DNA of 64,000 nt from an uncultured virus (IMG/VR IMGVR_UViG_3300007539_009079). Lineage: Duplodnaviria; Heunggongvirae; Uroviricota; Caudoviricetes. Both the position numbers and the translations under genes were made by a program. Under the pieces are notes generated by a model. That model was given only the letters and a program-made list of their open reading frames with translations, had not been told where the DNA came from and did no database searches. How positions within the stretch are numbered: position 1 is the stretch's first letter; the number at the start of each line of letters is the position of its first letter. Below are positions 49,826 to 59,298 of this stretch, in pieces. Location of the stretch: IMG/VR virus record IMGVR_UViG_3300007539_009079; one strand, written 5' to 3'.

Positions 49826-50395
49826 ATGAATACTATAAAAAATGAATTAGATGATATAAATTTAGAAATAATTTATGATTTTTTTGATGAAGATTATTAT
49901 TCACTTGCAAAGGAAGTGTGTGCAGAAATTGGAGTTCAAAACGTCTATGATTCGACATTTGGAGGTAAACGTTGTGATTTGAAAAATCGTTTTTTTATTA
50001 CAAGAAATAACTCTAACAAATTTTTAAAATTAGCCGATTATATAAATGAAAAATGTAATCTTGATAATAATTTAATGAGATTAGAAATTTGTAATGACAC
50101 TGATGGTTTTTGGTTAAAACAGCACAATGATCATCCTGAAAGATTATATTCTTATGTCATATATGTTGATGGTAATGGTCCCGGAACAACATTTGTAAAA
50201 GATGATAAAAAAATAAACATCGATTGGGAATTGAACAAGGCATTATATTTTAAGACTAATGGGTTTCAAACATATGAAAAATCCAATCTTTCTCATGGTG
50301 TTGATAAAATAAAATTTTTTGGAATTAGATCTACAATAATTGCAACATTTACTGATGAAAAAATTTGGAAAAACCTTAATACTTGTTATATTTGA
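49826..50395 (+). CDS. 2OG-Fe(II) oxygenase-like protein
   Basis: D..GFWL..HND, IY, GT, N.A..F, SHG, R. Confidence 0.72.
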   Translation: MNTIKNELDDINLEIIYDFFDEDYYSLAKEVCAEIGVQNVYDSTFGGKRCDLKNRFFITRNNSNKFLKLADYINEKCNLDNNLMRLEICNDTDGFWLKQHNDHPERLYSYVIYVDGNGPGTTFVKDDKKINIDWELNKALYFKTNGFQTYEKSNLSHGVDKIKFFGIRSTIIATFTDEKIWKNLNTCYI

Positions 50396-50398
50396 AAT

Positions 50399-51460
50399 AT
50401 GTTATATAGTGAATATGATTTTACAAAAATACCTTGGAATGATATAAAAAGCTTTGGCACTTTTAAAATGCTCGAAAGCGATTTATTCACCATTTCATGG
50501 CTTTTAGGTAGGTTTTGTAATTATAGATGTTCTTATTGCTGGCCATATGCTAGAAGCAATACCAAAGACCATAGACCTACAGAGTTATGTCTTTCTACCA
50601 TTGATGAAATAAAAAAACAGGCAAGAGAAAATGGATTTAATAGTTTCCATTTCAGTTTGTCCGGAGGAGAACCAACATTTCATCCTGGTTATTTGAATAT
50701 ATTAGAATATTTGTCTGATGATATTTCAAATACCAATTATACATCAATTCACATGACTTCTAATTGCTCTAGACCATTAAAATGGTTTGAAGAATATGTT
50801 CGTCATGCAAAAAAATTTTCAAGATCAAGTATAACTGCATCATATCATAGAGAATTTGTTAAAGGACAGGTTAAGATAGAAGAATTTGCAGAAAAATTAG
50901 AATATTGCCAAAAAAATGGAATCAGGGTAACAATAAATTCAGTAATGGTGCCTGAAAAATTTGATGAAATATATTCGGAATTAATTTATTTTGCGAATAA
51001 AGGAATTAATGTGACATTAAAACCTCAGAGTGATCCTACCGCCAGTAAAGTAGTCGATGGTTATACCATAGAGCAACTTAAAATGTTACATAATGGAATG
51101 CCTCAGTTGACTAATATGGAAGTCAAATCTAAAAAAATAAAAAATATTAGACAAGAATTTGAAATTATAATGAAAGATAAAAATAATCAAGAATGGTATT
51201 TGGATCAAGCGGAGAGATTTAATGCATTTAATTTTAATAATTTCAGAGATTGGAAATGTCATGCTGGTTATCAAAGTATAATAATTAGAGAACCAGATGG
51301 TAGTATTAAAAGAAGTTATAGTTGCTCCGATATACCTCTGGGTAACATTGAAACTGGTTTTAAATTGTTTGATAAACCAATGAAATGTATCACTAATGCT
51401 TGTGTTAGTTCTGCAGATAGTAAAATTCCTAAATTTAAAGATGAAAATGAATCCCCGTGA
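50399..51460 (+). CDS. Radical SAM protein (W.LGR subfamily)
   Basis: WLLGRFCNYRCSYC, SGGEPT.HP, SYH.E, W.C.AG, C....C...AD..IPK. Confidence 0.9.
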   Translation: MLYSEYDFTKIPWNDIKSFGTFKMLESDLFTISWLLGRFCNYRCSYCWPYARSNTKDHRPTELCLSTIDEIKKQARENGFNSFHFSLSGGEPTFHPGYLNILEYLSDDISNTNYTSIHMTSNCSRPLKWFEEYVRHAKKFSRSSITASYHREFVKGQVKIEEFAEKLEYCQKNGIRVTINSVMVPEKFDEIYSELIYFANKGINVTLKPQSDPTASKVVDGYTIEQLKMLHNGMPQLTNMEVKSKKIKNIRQEFEIIMKDKNNQEWYLDQAERFNAFNFNNFRDWKCHAGYQSIIIREPDGSIKRSYSCSDIPLGNIETGFKLFDKPMKCITNACVSSADSKIPKFKDENESP

Positions 51461-52763
51461 ATTTCAAAAAGTTTATAAAGTTCCGGATAAAACTAATACT
51501 TTTTGTTATTATCCATTTTATGCCTTAGTTTTTAAGATGTACAACAACAGTGAATTATCTCATATTGCGCCTTGTTGTATGATGCACGATACGGACCACA
51601 ATTCTATATTAAATAAAGAAGAATTAAAAGGTTTAACTCCTGATCAAATTTTCAATCATGAGAAATTTCAAAAATTGAGAGATAATCTAATGAACGGTGT
51701 GAAGGATAAACATTGTGCTACGTGTTGGGATCAGGAAAATCAAGGTAAAATTTCACATAGAATGTATACTGGTTGGGATTTTGATGAACCTTTCGTGCCA
51801 TCATTGAAAGAAGTAGATCTATCTTTATCCAATAAGTGTAATTTGGCATGTAGAATGTGTAATATAGGTTCTTCACATCAATTATATGATGATATTGATA
51901 AGATGGAAAAGTTAGGTGTCATGGCACAATTTAATTTGGCATCAAATAATTCTATGATTTCAAGTAATTTGCCTAAGAATACTTCTGAAAATATAGCAAT
52001 AAAATGGTTGTATAAAAATACAGAAAAAATAAAAATTTTAAAAATTTCTGGAGGCGAACCTTTATATGACAAAAGTGTAATAAAATTATTAAATAAATTT
52101 GTAGAAGATGGCAGTTCTGAACAAACATCCCTAGTTTTTCATACCAATGGATTATTAATTGATGATCAAATCATCGATTTATTAAATAAATTCAAACATC
52201 AAATGCACACCTTTAGTATTGATGGTGTAGATAAGACATATGAATACGTGAGACATTTATCAAATTTTCAAAAATTGGAAAGCAATTTGAATAATTGGTT
52301 TTCTAAATCAAAAAATATTAAATATTTTAATAGTAATTTTGTATTATCAGCACTGAATATTCATAATATAGTAGATTATATGAATTGGATAGTTTTTAAT
52401 TTTCATAATAAAATAAAATGCAATATATTTTTTTCTAGTGTTAGACCTTTTACAAGAGGAATACATATTAGTAATTTGCCTATAAATTATTTAAAAAAGA
52501 TTAAAAATGAATTTTTAATCTTTTATGAGTTTTTTGAAAAAATAAGACAAAAAGACATGAGTTTATCAAATCATTTTTATTATGAAAGTGAAAATATCAT
52601 AAAAATGATAGATAACTCTATAGATAAAAATTTGTATGATTTAAATAAGAATAAATTATATGATGAAATTTCAATTTTGGATAAAGTTAGAGATCAACAT
52701 TATTCAAACTATTTACCCGAAGATTTTTGCGAAATACTCAACAAAATAAAAAATGAATCATAG
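51447..52763 (+). CDS. Radical SAM protein with N-terminal twitch domain
   Basis: FCYYPF...PCC...CATCW; SNKCNLACRMC; SGGEP; TNG; SIDG; start may be 51441. Confidence 0.9.
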   Translation: MNPREFQKVYKVPDKTNTFCYYPFYALVFKMYNNSELSHIAPCCMMHDTDHNSILNKEELKGLTPDQIFNHEKFQKLRDNLMNGVKDKHCATCWDQENQGKISHRMYTGWDFDEPFVPSLKEVDLSLSNKCNLACRMCNIGSSHQLYDDIDKMEKLGVMAQFNLASNNSMISSNLPKNTSENIAIKWLYKNTEKIKILKISGGEPLYDKSVIKLLNKFVEDGSSEQTSLVFHTNGLLIDDQIIDLLNKFKHQMHTFSIDGVDKTYEYVRHLSNFQKLESNLNNWFSKSKNIKYFNSNFVLSALNIHNIVDYMNWIVFNFHNKIKCNIFFSSVRPFTRGIHISNLPINYLKKIKNEFLIFYEFFEKIRQKDMSLSNHFYYESENIIKMIDNSIDKNLYDLNKNKLYDEISILDKVRDQHYSNYLPEDFCEILNKIKNES

Positions 52764-53946
52764 AAATAAGGTTTTTTGTTCTTTACCTTTTACAAATGTT
52801 TATATAGATTCTCAGAATGAATACAAACTGTGCAGTGATTCAACAACTAGTTCAAAAATAAAATCCTCAGATCAATCGGTCATAGAATATTTCAATTCTA
52901 ATTACATTAATAGTGTTAGAACTGAAATGTTGAATGGTAATATATCCGAACATTTGAAAAAAAATTGCTCAAGATGTCTGGAAAGGGAAGAATTAGGACT
53001 TTGGTCGAGAAGAAATCCTGACATAAGTCACATAATTTTGAAAAATTATACAACAGGCAATGTATGTTTACCTACATCTGATACTATAAAAATAAAATTT
53101 GGAAATATATGTAATTTAATGTGTCTGTATTGCGGGCCCTACTCTTCTTCAAGGTGGGTAGCATTACATAAAAAAATAAAGAAAAATTTAGATGTCGAAT
53201 ATGAATTGCTGAAACAGAAAATAGATGAAATTTCTAGAAAAAAATATAATATTTCTTTTATAAATGATGAATACGGCATACCTGAGATTCATTCTCATAA
53301 TATGACATCAAAGTTTTATGAAGAATTTGATATATATGTTAATAATTTGAAGAATATAATAATATCTGGCGGAGAACCTTTTTTAAGTGAATATTTTTAT
53401 GAATTTCTAGAGTGGTTAATTTTGAATAATTATTCGAAAAAATTGAATATTATTGTTTTATCAAATGGTATGCAAATGCCAAAAAATTTTAAAAGATATT
53501 ATGATAAATTTCAATCATTTAATGTTAATATTTCAATTGATGGCGTCAATGAAAAGGATGAGTATTTAAGAGTAGGAACTATTTTTGATAAAAAACACAG
53601 TGTCATAAAAAATTTAGTGAAATATTTTAATGTTAATTTCTGCGTCACTGTATCGATGTTGAATGTTGGATATAGAAACGAAATATCTATGTATTGCAGT
53701 CAATTTGGAAAAAAGGCAAATTTTCATAATCAGTTAGTCGAGCCATTTTTTTTTCAAGTTATAAATTTACCTCAAGAAATAAAAAATATGTATATAAATA
53801 AAAATGAAAATCATTCATTATTATTTAAAAAAGGTGATCATGAAATTTTCATGCTAGGGATAGCGTATTTGAAAAAATTTGATAAAATTAACAATAAAAA
53901 TTTATTAGATGTTTATCCAGAATTTGAAAAATATTATTTAGAATAA
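52753..53946 (+). CDS. Radical SAM protein with N-terminal twitch domain
   Basis: FCSLPF...LC...CSRC; GNICNLMCLYC.P.SSS.W; SGGEP; SIDG. Confidence 0.9.
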   Translation: MNHRNKVFCSLPFTNVYIDSQNEYKLCSDSTTSSKIKSSDQSVIEYFNSNYINSVRTEMLNGNISEHLKKNCSRCLEREELGLWSRRNPDISHIILKNYTTGNVCLPTSDTIKIKFGNICNLMCLYCGPYSSSRWVALHKKIKKNLDVEYELLKQKIDEISRKKYNISFINDEYGIPEIHSHNMTSKFYEEFDIYVNNLKNIIISGGEPFLSEYFYEFLEWLILNNYSKKLNIIVLSNGMQMPKNFKRYYDKFQSFNVNISIDGVNEKDEYLRVGTIFDKKHSVIKNLVKYFNVNFCVTVSMLNVGYRNEISMYCSQFGKKANFHNQLVEPFFFQVINLPQEIKNMYINKNENHSLLFKKGDHEIFMLGIAYLKKFDKINNKNLLDVYPEFEKYYLE

Positions 53947-53951
53947 AAAAC

Positions 53952-54815
53952 ATGAATACTTTTTATATATTTGGTGATAGTTATTTTGATGATACATATT
54001 ATATAGATCGTTCGCAAACTGAAAAAACTTGGATTGAATTATTGAAAGAAAAATATTCTAAAAAATATTTTTTTAAAAATTATGCAAAATCAGGCACAGG
54101 TCCCCATCATTCATTCAATATTTTTAATAAATTATTATTCGAAAAAAATAAAATTAAAGAAAAAGATATAATTTTATTTCATATTTCAGGAACAGACAGA
54201 ATTAGTTTTATATGTCCAGAAGAAATTGAAACACATGTTACAACTAATATTAAATATGATTTCATCAAAAAGGAAACATATTGTACTGTTGATGAATATG
54301 ATAAATTAGAATTAACTGAAGAGTTAATAAAAACAAAAACATTTTATGATACTTTTAGAAGTGAAATTGATTTTTTGTTTATGAATATGGAAAATGAAAT
54401 TGATTTTAATGGACCTAAATATATGTCATTTTTATATGCAGTTTCTGTTTTGTATGATGTTAGAGTAATTTTATTTGCTTCTGATGTAAGAGGAAAATTT
54501 AATAATTTTTCTAAATTAAATAATAAAAATTTTTTTGCTTCCGATTTTAATTTATTTGATTTAAGTTTTGATGAAATATTTGATATTGAAAAAAACAATG
54601 TTGCTGGAAAATTAAAATTTGACAATAGAAATAATCATTTTTCTAAAGAAAATCATATATTAATGTTAGAATACATTGAAAAAATAATTAAAAGAGAAAG
54701 TGTTGAATTTTTTAAATTTAAAAGAAATTTTAAAAAATCCGATGAAGTTTTTAATGTAGTTTTAGGTGAAAAAAGATCTTCAAAAAAAGATAACACAAAA
54801 TTTATTTATGAATGA
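53952..54815 (+). CDS. SGNH/GDSL-like protein, paralog 4
   Basis: IFGDSY, NYAKSGTGPH.SF, SG.DRI, NHFSKENH; ends KFIYE. Confidence 0.65.
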   Translation: MNTFYIFGDSYFDDTYYIDRSQTEKTWIELLKEKYSKKYFFKNYAKSGTGPHHSFNIFNKLLFEKNKIKEKDIILFHISGTDRISFICPEEIETHVTTNIKYDFIKKETYCTVDEYDKLELTEELIKTKTFYDTFRSEIDFLFMNMENEIDFNGPKYMSFLYAVSVLYDVRVILFASDVRGKFNNFSKLNNKNFFASDFNLFDLSFDEIFDIEKNNVAGKLKFDNRNNHFSKENHILMLEYIEKIIKRESVEFFKFKRNFKKSDEVFNVVLGEKRSSKKDNTKFIYE

Positions 54816-55017
54816 TGATACGATAAAAAAAATAATTAATGATTACAGTTTTAGGGAATTGCAGATTTATTCTTCAAAAATATTGTCTGATCACAGTTCG
54901 ACTAATGATTTCATTAAAAATTTTAGAGCAGACCATGATAGTGTACAATTTTACAAAAATGTCATTATGTGGTACATAAAAGAATATAAAACATTACCAG
55001 ATATTGATTATGTATAA
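54808..55017 (+). CDS. Small hypothetical protein
   Basis: 69 aa ORF overlapping both neighbours. Confidence 0.55.
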   Translation: MNDDTIKKIINDYSFRELQIYSSKILSDHSSTNDFIKNFRADHDSVQFYKNVIMWYIKEYKTLPDIDYV

Positions 55018-56044
55018 ATCTAATGAAATAACACACATACATTTAGAACCCACCCAGAGATGTCAAGCAGCTTGTCCTATGTGCGATAGGACTAATAATG
55101 CACACCTTAAAAATTCAGAATTATCGTTAGAATCAATAAAAAAAATTTTAGATATTGATTTTATAAAACAATTAAACAGTTTAATTATGTGCGGTAATCA
55201 TGGTGATCCTATTATTGCTACCGATACGTTAAAAATATATCAATATTTACGTGAAACAAAAAATAATTTATATTTACACATGACAACTAATGGGGGAGCA
55301 AGAAACTCAAAGTGGTGGAAAGAACTTGCTAAAATAATGGGAAAACATGGTAGAGTAACCTTTTCTGTTGATGGCCTGGAAGATACGAATCATTTATATA
55401 GAGTTAATGTTGATTGGAAAAAAGTTGAAAATTCGATGGATTCTTTTACTCAAGCAGGAGGTAGAGGTTTATGGGTTTTTTTAATATTTGAACATAATGA
55501 GCATCAAGTTGAAGATGCTGAAAGAATGGCAAAGTTATTCGGTCTAGAATTTGTAAAAAAGAAATCGGGTAGATGGGTACAAACATTTAATAAAATTAAT
55601 GAAAAAGAAACAAAAAAAGGAAATGTTATCAAACCCCCTACTAATATCGAATATCAAAATAAAAGTGTAAATGCTTATGAAGATTTGATTGAAAAATATG
55701 GAAGTTTTAATAATTACTTGGATCAAACTGATATAGTATGTAAATCGATAAAAAATAAAGAAATATATATTTCCGCTGAGGGATTAATTTTTCCATGTTG
55801 TTGGACTGCGGGTAGATTGTATAAGACATATCATAGAATAGGTCAAGATCAGATTTGGAAATTTATAGATGATTTGAAAAACATAAATGCTTTAGAAACG
55901 CCTATAAGAGACATTATTGAAGGTGATTTTTTTAAAAGAATTGAGAAATCTTGGTTTATACCATCTTGTGAACTTGGTAGGGCAGAGATTTGCGCACAAA
56001 AATGCGGAAAAGGTTTTGATGCATTCGGAGATCAATGGAAATGA
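55010..56044 (+). CDS. Radical SAM protein with C-terminal SPASM/twitch
   Basis: HLE.T..CQAACPMC.R, CGNHGDP, TNGG, FSVDGLEDTNHLYR, F.HNEHQ, FPCC, C...CG. Confidence 0.92.
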   Translation: MYKSNEITHIHLEPTQRCQAACPMCDRTNNAHLKNSELSLESIKKILDIDFIKQLNSLIMCGNHGDPIIATDTLKIYQYLRETKNNLYLHMTTNGGARNSKWWKELAKIMGKHGRVTFSVDGLEDTNHLYRVNVDWKKVENSMDSFTQAGGRGLWVFLIFEHNEHQVEDAERMAKLFGLEFVKKKSGRWVQTFNKINEKETKKGNVIKPPTNIEYQNKSVNAYEDLIEKYGSFNNYLDQTDIVCKSIKNKEIYISAEGLIFPCCWTAGRLYKTYHRIGQDQIWKFIDDLKNINALETPIRDIIEGDFFKRIEKSWFIPSCELGRAEICAQKCGKGFDAFGDQWK

Positions 56045-56769
56045 GTTATATTGATGAATATGTTAATTTAAAATTAAAAATACAAGACCACAATATTGAA
56101 ATAGGTAATTTAAATAGAAAGATTGGAAATTTTAAGTTGAAAATTTCGCAATGTGAAAATGGTCAAAGAGATACACCATATTATTGGACTAGACAATGGG
56201 TATATAATAACTTAAATGATTATTTGGATAGTTTTGATGATTCTCTTTCTTTAGGACAATATGAATCTAAGAAATGGATCATTGAAGAACTTAGAAAAAT
56301 TAATATACAAAAATTTCAACACATAGAAATAATCGGAGGTTGGTTTGGTTATCCGTTTATTGAATTTTTGGATTCTTTTATTGATATTAAACAAATAGAT
56401 TTTTATGAAATTGATAATAACTGTAAAAAAGTTTTAGCACAATATATAAACAATTTTAAACCTAAATTTAAAATATCTATGTTTGATGATTATTTTCAAC
56501 GAAAAGATCTTAGACGTAGAAATATGATAATTAACACATCATCAGAACATATGATGGATATTGTAAAAATGAAAAGTTATTATAAGGATTATCCAGAATA
56601 CCCCATGTTAGTAATACAATCGAATGATTATAAAGAAATTAAAGATCATATAAATTGTGTTGAATCCGAAGCGGAATTGATAGAGAAAAATGAAATCAAA
56701 CAAGTATATTACTCAGGATCATATGATTTGCCATTGTATAAGCGTTATATGGTTATAGGTCGATGGTAA
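56035..56769 (+). CDS. Putative SAM-dependent methyltransferase-like protein, paralog A
   Basis: Q..SK.W, IIGGWFG, INTSSEHM, QSNDY, H.NCV, RYMVIG. Confidence 0.6.
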   Translation: MEMSYIDEYVNLKLKIQDHNIEIGNLNRKIGNFKLKISQCENGQRDTPYYWTRQWVYNNLNDYLDSFDDSLSLGQYESKKWIIEELRKINIQKFQHIEIIGGWFGYPFIEFLDSFIDIKQIDFYEIDNNCKKVLAQYINNFKPKFKISMFDDYFQRKDLRRRNMIINTSSEHMMDIVKMKSYYKDYPEYPMLVIQSNDYKEIKDHINCVESEAELIEKNEIKQVYYSGSYDLPLYKRYMVIGRW

Positions 56770-56785
56770 TTGATGGGATCAATTC

Positions 56786-57535
56786 ATGACAAATTTTTTT
56801 TGTTTAAAATGGGGCAATAAATATGGTCCCGAATATGTTAACAGATTATTTAATTCCTTGATTATAAACTATAAAAATTCGTTTAATTTTCATTGTTTGA
56901 CCGACAATTCCTATGGTTTATATAAAGATATAGAAGTGCATAAAATTCCTGATGATTTCTCTGAATTTCCTAGAACAAAAATTTTCACATCTGAAAAAAT
57001 GTGTTATTTTAATGATTTTAAAAATATTTCAGGTAAAAAGGCATGGTTTGATCTTGATATTTTGATTCAAAATGATTTGACCGAATTAATTGAAATGAAT
57101 CATGATAAACCGAGATTTATTATGAATTATTGGAGAGATCCTTTATCTCATGTTAAAAATTATTCATTTATGACGACTCCGTTAAATTCCTCATTTGTTG
57201 CATGGCAAGATGATGTTGGTATTGAAATGTATGAAAATTTATTAAAAAATAAAGAAAGAGCATTTTTTACCTATCCATCATTCGATAAGTATGTATTTTA
57301 TCAATGCTATCGAAAAGATCAAATTAATCTCTGGAATAAAGGAATAGTTTATAACTATAACATTGGTGCCGAATATCCTAAAGATTTGAAACCTACTGAG
57401 TTTCGTCAAAATTATAAAATTTGTCTCTTTAATACATCACATAAGGCATGGGCTAGGCAAAATGAGACACAAATAGAATTGCATGAAACAACTGATTGGG
57501 CTTATGATATGTGGATGAAATATGATAGAATATGA
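56786..57535 (+). CDS. Glycosyltransferase-like protein, paralog A
   Basis: CLKWGNKYGPEYVNRL, F.CLTD, FDLD (DxD), NSS...W. Confidence 0.72.
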   Translation: MTNFFCLKWGNKYGPEYVNRLFNSLIINYKNSFNFHCLTDNSYGLYKDIEVHKIPDDFSEFPRTKIFTSEKMCYFNDFKNISGKKAWFDLDILIQNDLTELIEMNHDKPRFIMNYWRDPLSHVKNYSFMTTPLNSSFVAWQDDVGIEMYENLLKNKERAFFTYPSFDKYVFYQCYRKDQINLWNKGIVYNYNIGAEYPKDLKPTEFRQNYKICLFNTSHKAWARQNETQIELHETTDWAYDMWMKYDRI

Positions 57536-58118
57536 CAAGCTGCGAAAAAACTATGATTATCTAAACATAGAACGTCCTAAAAGATTGATGGGGGAATATG
57601 ATTATATTCGAAAACGATATTATAGAAAAACTCATGCGGATTTGATCAATAAAATATACAATTATATTTTTTGCAATCATGAAGATAATAATCAGGATTA
57701 CAATGTTTTATGCAGTTGGTTTTGTGATTTAGATTTATATTTAATTAAAAAAATTTTTTTAAATGTCAATAATTTTAATTTTTTTGATTTTGATGAAATA
57801 GTTCATGATTCAAACATGAAATTGACAGAAAAAAGTTATAGAAAAGATGTCATATTTGATGATTTAAATTTAAAAGGTAATTTTATTCATAGATATTGTG
57901 AATATACATTTCCTGTAGGTAAAATATATAATGGAAATTTTATTTTAATTGGTAATGATGATGATAAATTATACATTCCTAATCCAATAAATTCTTGTGA
58001 AGACTTGATTAGTCAAAACAACATAAAAAATGTTGAACACCAAGAGACATGGTCCGTGATTCGTGAATATGATCAAAAAAATTTAAATTATTTTATGGTT
58101 GTGGGTGATAATTTATGA
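57522..58118 (+). CDS. Divergent methyltransferase-like protein, paralog B
   Basis: VLCSWF, DFD, DVIFD, CE, N.I.S...LI.QN.I, YFMVVG; aligns loosely with 56035 and 58115. Confidence 0.5.
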   Translation: MIEYDKLRKNYDYLNIERPKRLMGEYDYIRKRYYRKTHADLINKIYNYIFCNHEDNNQDYNVLCSWFCDLDLYLIKKIFLNVNNFNFFDFDEIVHDSNMKLTEKSYRKDVIFDDLNLKGNFIHRYCEYTFPVGKIYNGNFILIGNDDDKLYIPNPINSCEDLISQNNIKNVEHQETWSVIREYDQKNLNYFMVVGDNL

Positions 58119-58747
58119 TGAATTTGGAATTTGATAGATATGTAAATTCTCCATATTTTAGAGCTCAATCGTTTATATTAAATAATCATCCAAATTATTT
58201 GAATAGTTATATTGATTCCGTGTCCGAAGGTCAACATGAATCTAAAATTTGGATGATTAGACAATTAGAAAAAACATGCAATTTTGTGGTACCAATTAAA
58301 ATAGAAATTATTGGAGGGTGGTTTGGTTTTCCTTTGATTGAAATGTTGAATTTTGCATTTAAAATCGATCAAATAGATTTTTTTGAACTAGATGAAACTT
58401 GCAAAAAAATATTTGCACAATACACTAATTTTTTTAATTATAACTATAAAATATCTGTATTTGATGATTATTTTGATAGAGAAGAAATCAGAAGAAGACA
58501 TTTAATTATTAATACTTCTTCAGAACACATGCGAGATGTAGTTGTTATGAAAAAATTTTATAAAGATTATCCTTTCAAGCCTATATTAGTTTTACAATCA
58601 AATAATTATTTTAATTTACCAGAGCATGTTAATTGTGTTCATTCAGCAGAAGAATTGATTCAAAAAAACCAAATTAAAAAAGTTTTATATTCAGGTAAAA
58701 TGAAAATGAATAATTACACTAGATTTATGGTTATAGGCCAATGGTAA
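58115..58747 (+). CDS. Putative methyltransferase-like protein, paralog C
   Basis: GQHESK.W, IIGGWFG, INTSSEHM, QSNNY, H.NCV, RFMVIGQW; close paralog of 56035. Confidence 0.6.
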   Translation: MMNLEFDRYVNSPYFRAQSFILNNHPNYLNSYIDSVSEGQHESKIWMIRQLEKTCNFVVPIKIEIIGGWFGFPLIEMLNFAFKIDQIDFFELDETCKKIFAQYTNFFNYNYKISVFDDYFDREEIRRRHLIINTSSEHMRDVVVMKKFYKDYPFKPILVLQSNNYFNLPEHVNCVHSAEELIQKNQIKKVLYSGKMKMNNYTRFMVIGQW

Positions 58748-59298
58748 CAATAATATATGTTTGCACAGGAAACAAATATGATCAATGGTGGGTGGATAAT
58801 CTAAATCATATGATAAAAAAAAATTGTGATGATATTGATTATGAGATTTCGGGAATAACAGATGGAGAAGGTTCTGTTTACGATAAATTAAAAATTTTTA
58901 AAAGATTTAAAGAAAATAAACAATATATTTTTTTTGATTTAGATGTAGTCATCAGATCCAATATAAAAACCTTACTACGTAAGAATTTTACAGTAATTAA
59001 GGCGTGGTGGAGACAGCCTGCGCATACTCCTTTAAATTCTTCAATTATATCGTGGGTAGGTGATTTGTCACACATTTACGATAAATTTTATCAGGATGAG
59101 GATTATAGTAGGGTGAAATATTGGAGAGGCATAGATGAGTTTATTTACAGAGAGATTGATTATCAAACATACGATAAAGTTTGCTGGTCTTGGATGTTTG
59201 ATAGAAAAGAATTAAATTATCCTGTTTGTTTATTTAACCAGTCTTTTGAAAGTATGAGAAGTTGCGAATGGGCACAAAAATATTTGCTGTTAGAATAG
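58741..59298 (+). CDS. Glycosyltransferase-like protein, paralog B
   Basis: V.TG.KY..WV.NL, K..IF, FFDLDVVI, LNSS..SW, G.D.FI. Confidence 0.7.
   Translation: MVTIIYVCTGNKYDQWWVDNLNHMIKKNCDDIDYEISGITDGEGSVYDKLKIFKRFKENKQYIFFDLDVVIRSNIKTLLRKNFTVIKAWWRQPAHTPLNSSIISWVGDLSHIYDKFYQDEDYSRVKYWRGIDEFIYREIDYQTYDKVCWSWMFDRKELNYPVCLFNQSFESMRSCEWAQKYLLLE

Noticed and set aside
44143..51460. Complete queuosine/7-deazaguanine DNA modification pathway (QueC plus rSAM as QueE)
   Set aside because: The neighbouring rSAMs are longer, carry extra Cys domains and lack QueE features; no queD, folE or dpdA was seen in the window.
17045..56044. Calling the rSAMs MoaA, PqqE, NirJ or anaerobic sulfatase maturases
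   Set aside because: None of the partner genes (moaC, pqqA-D, nir, sulfatase) is present; only family-level calls are supportable.
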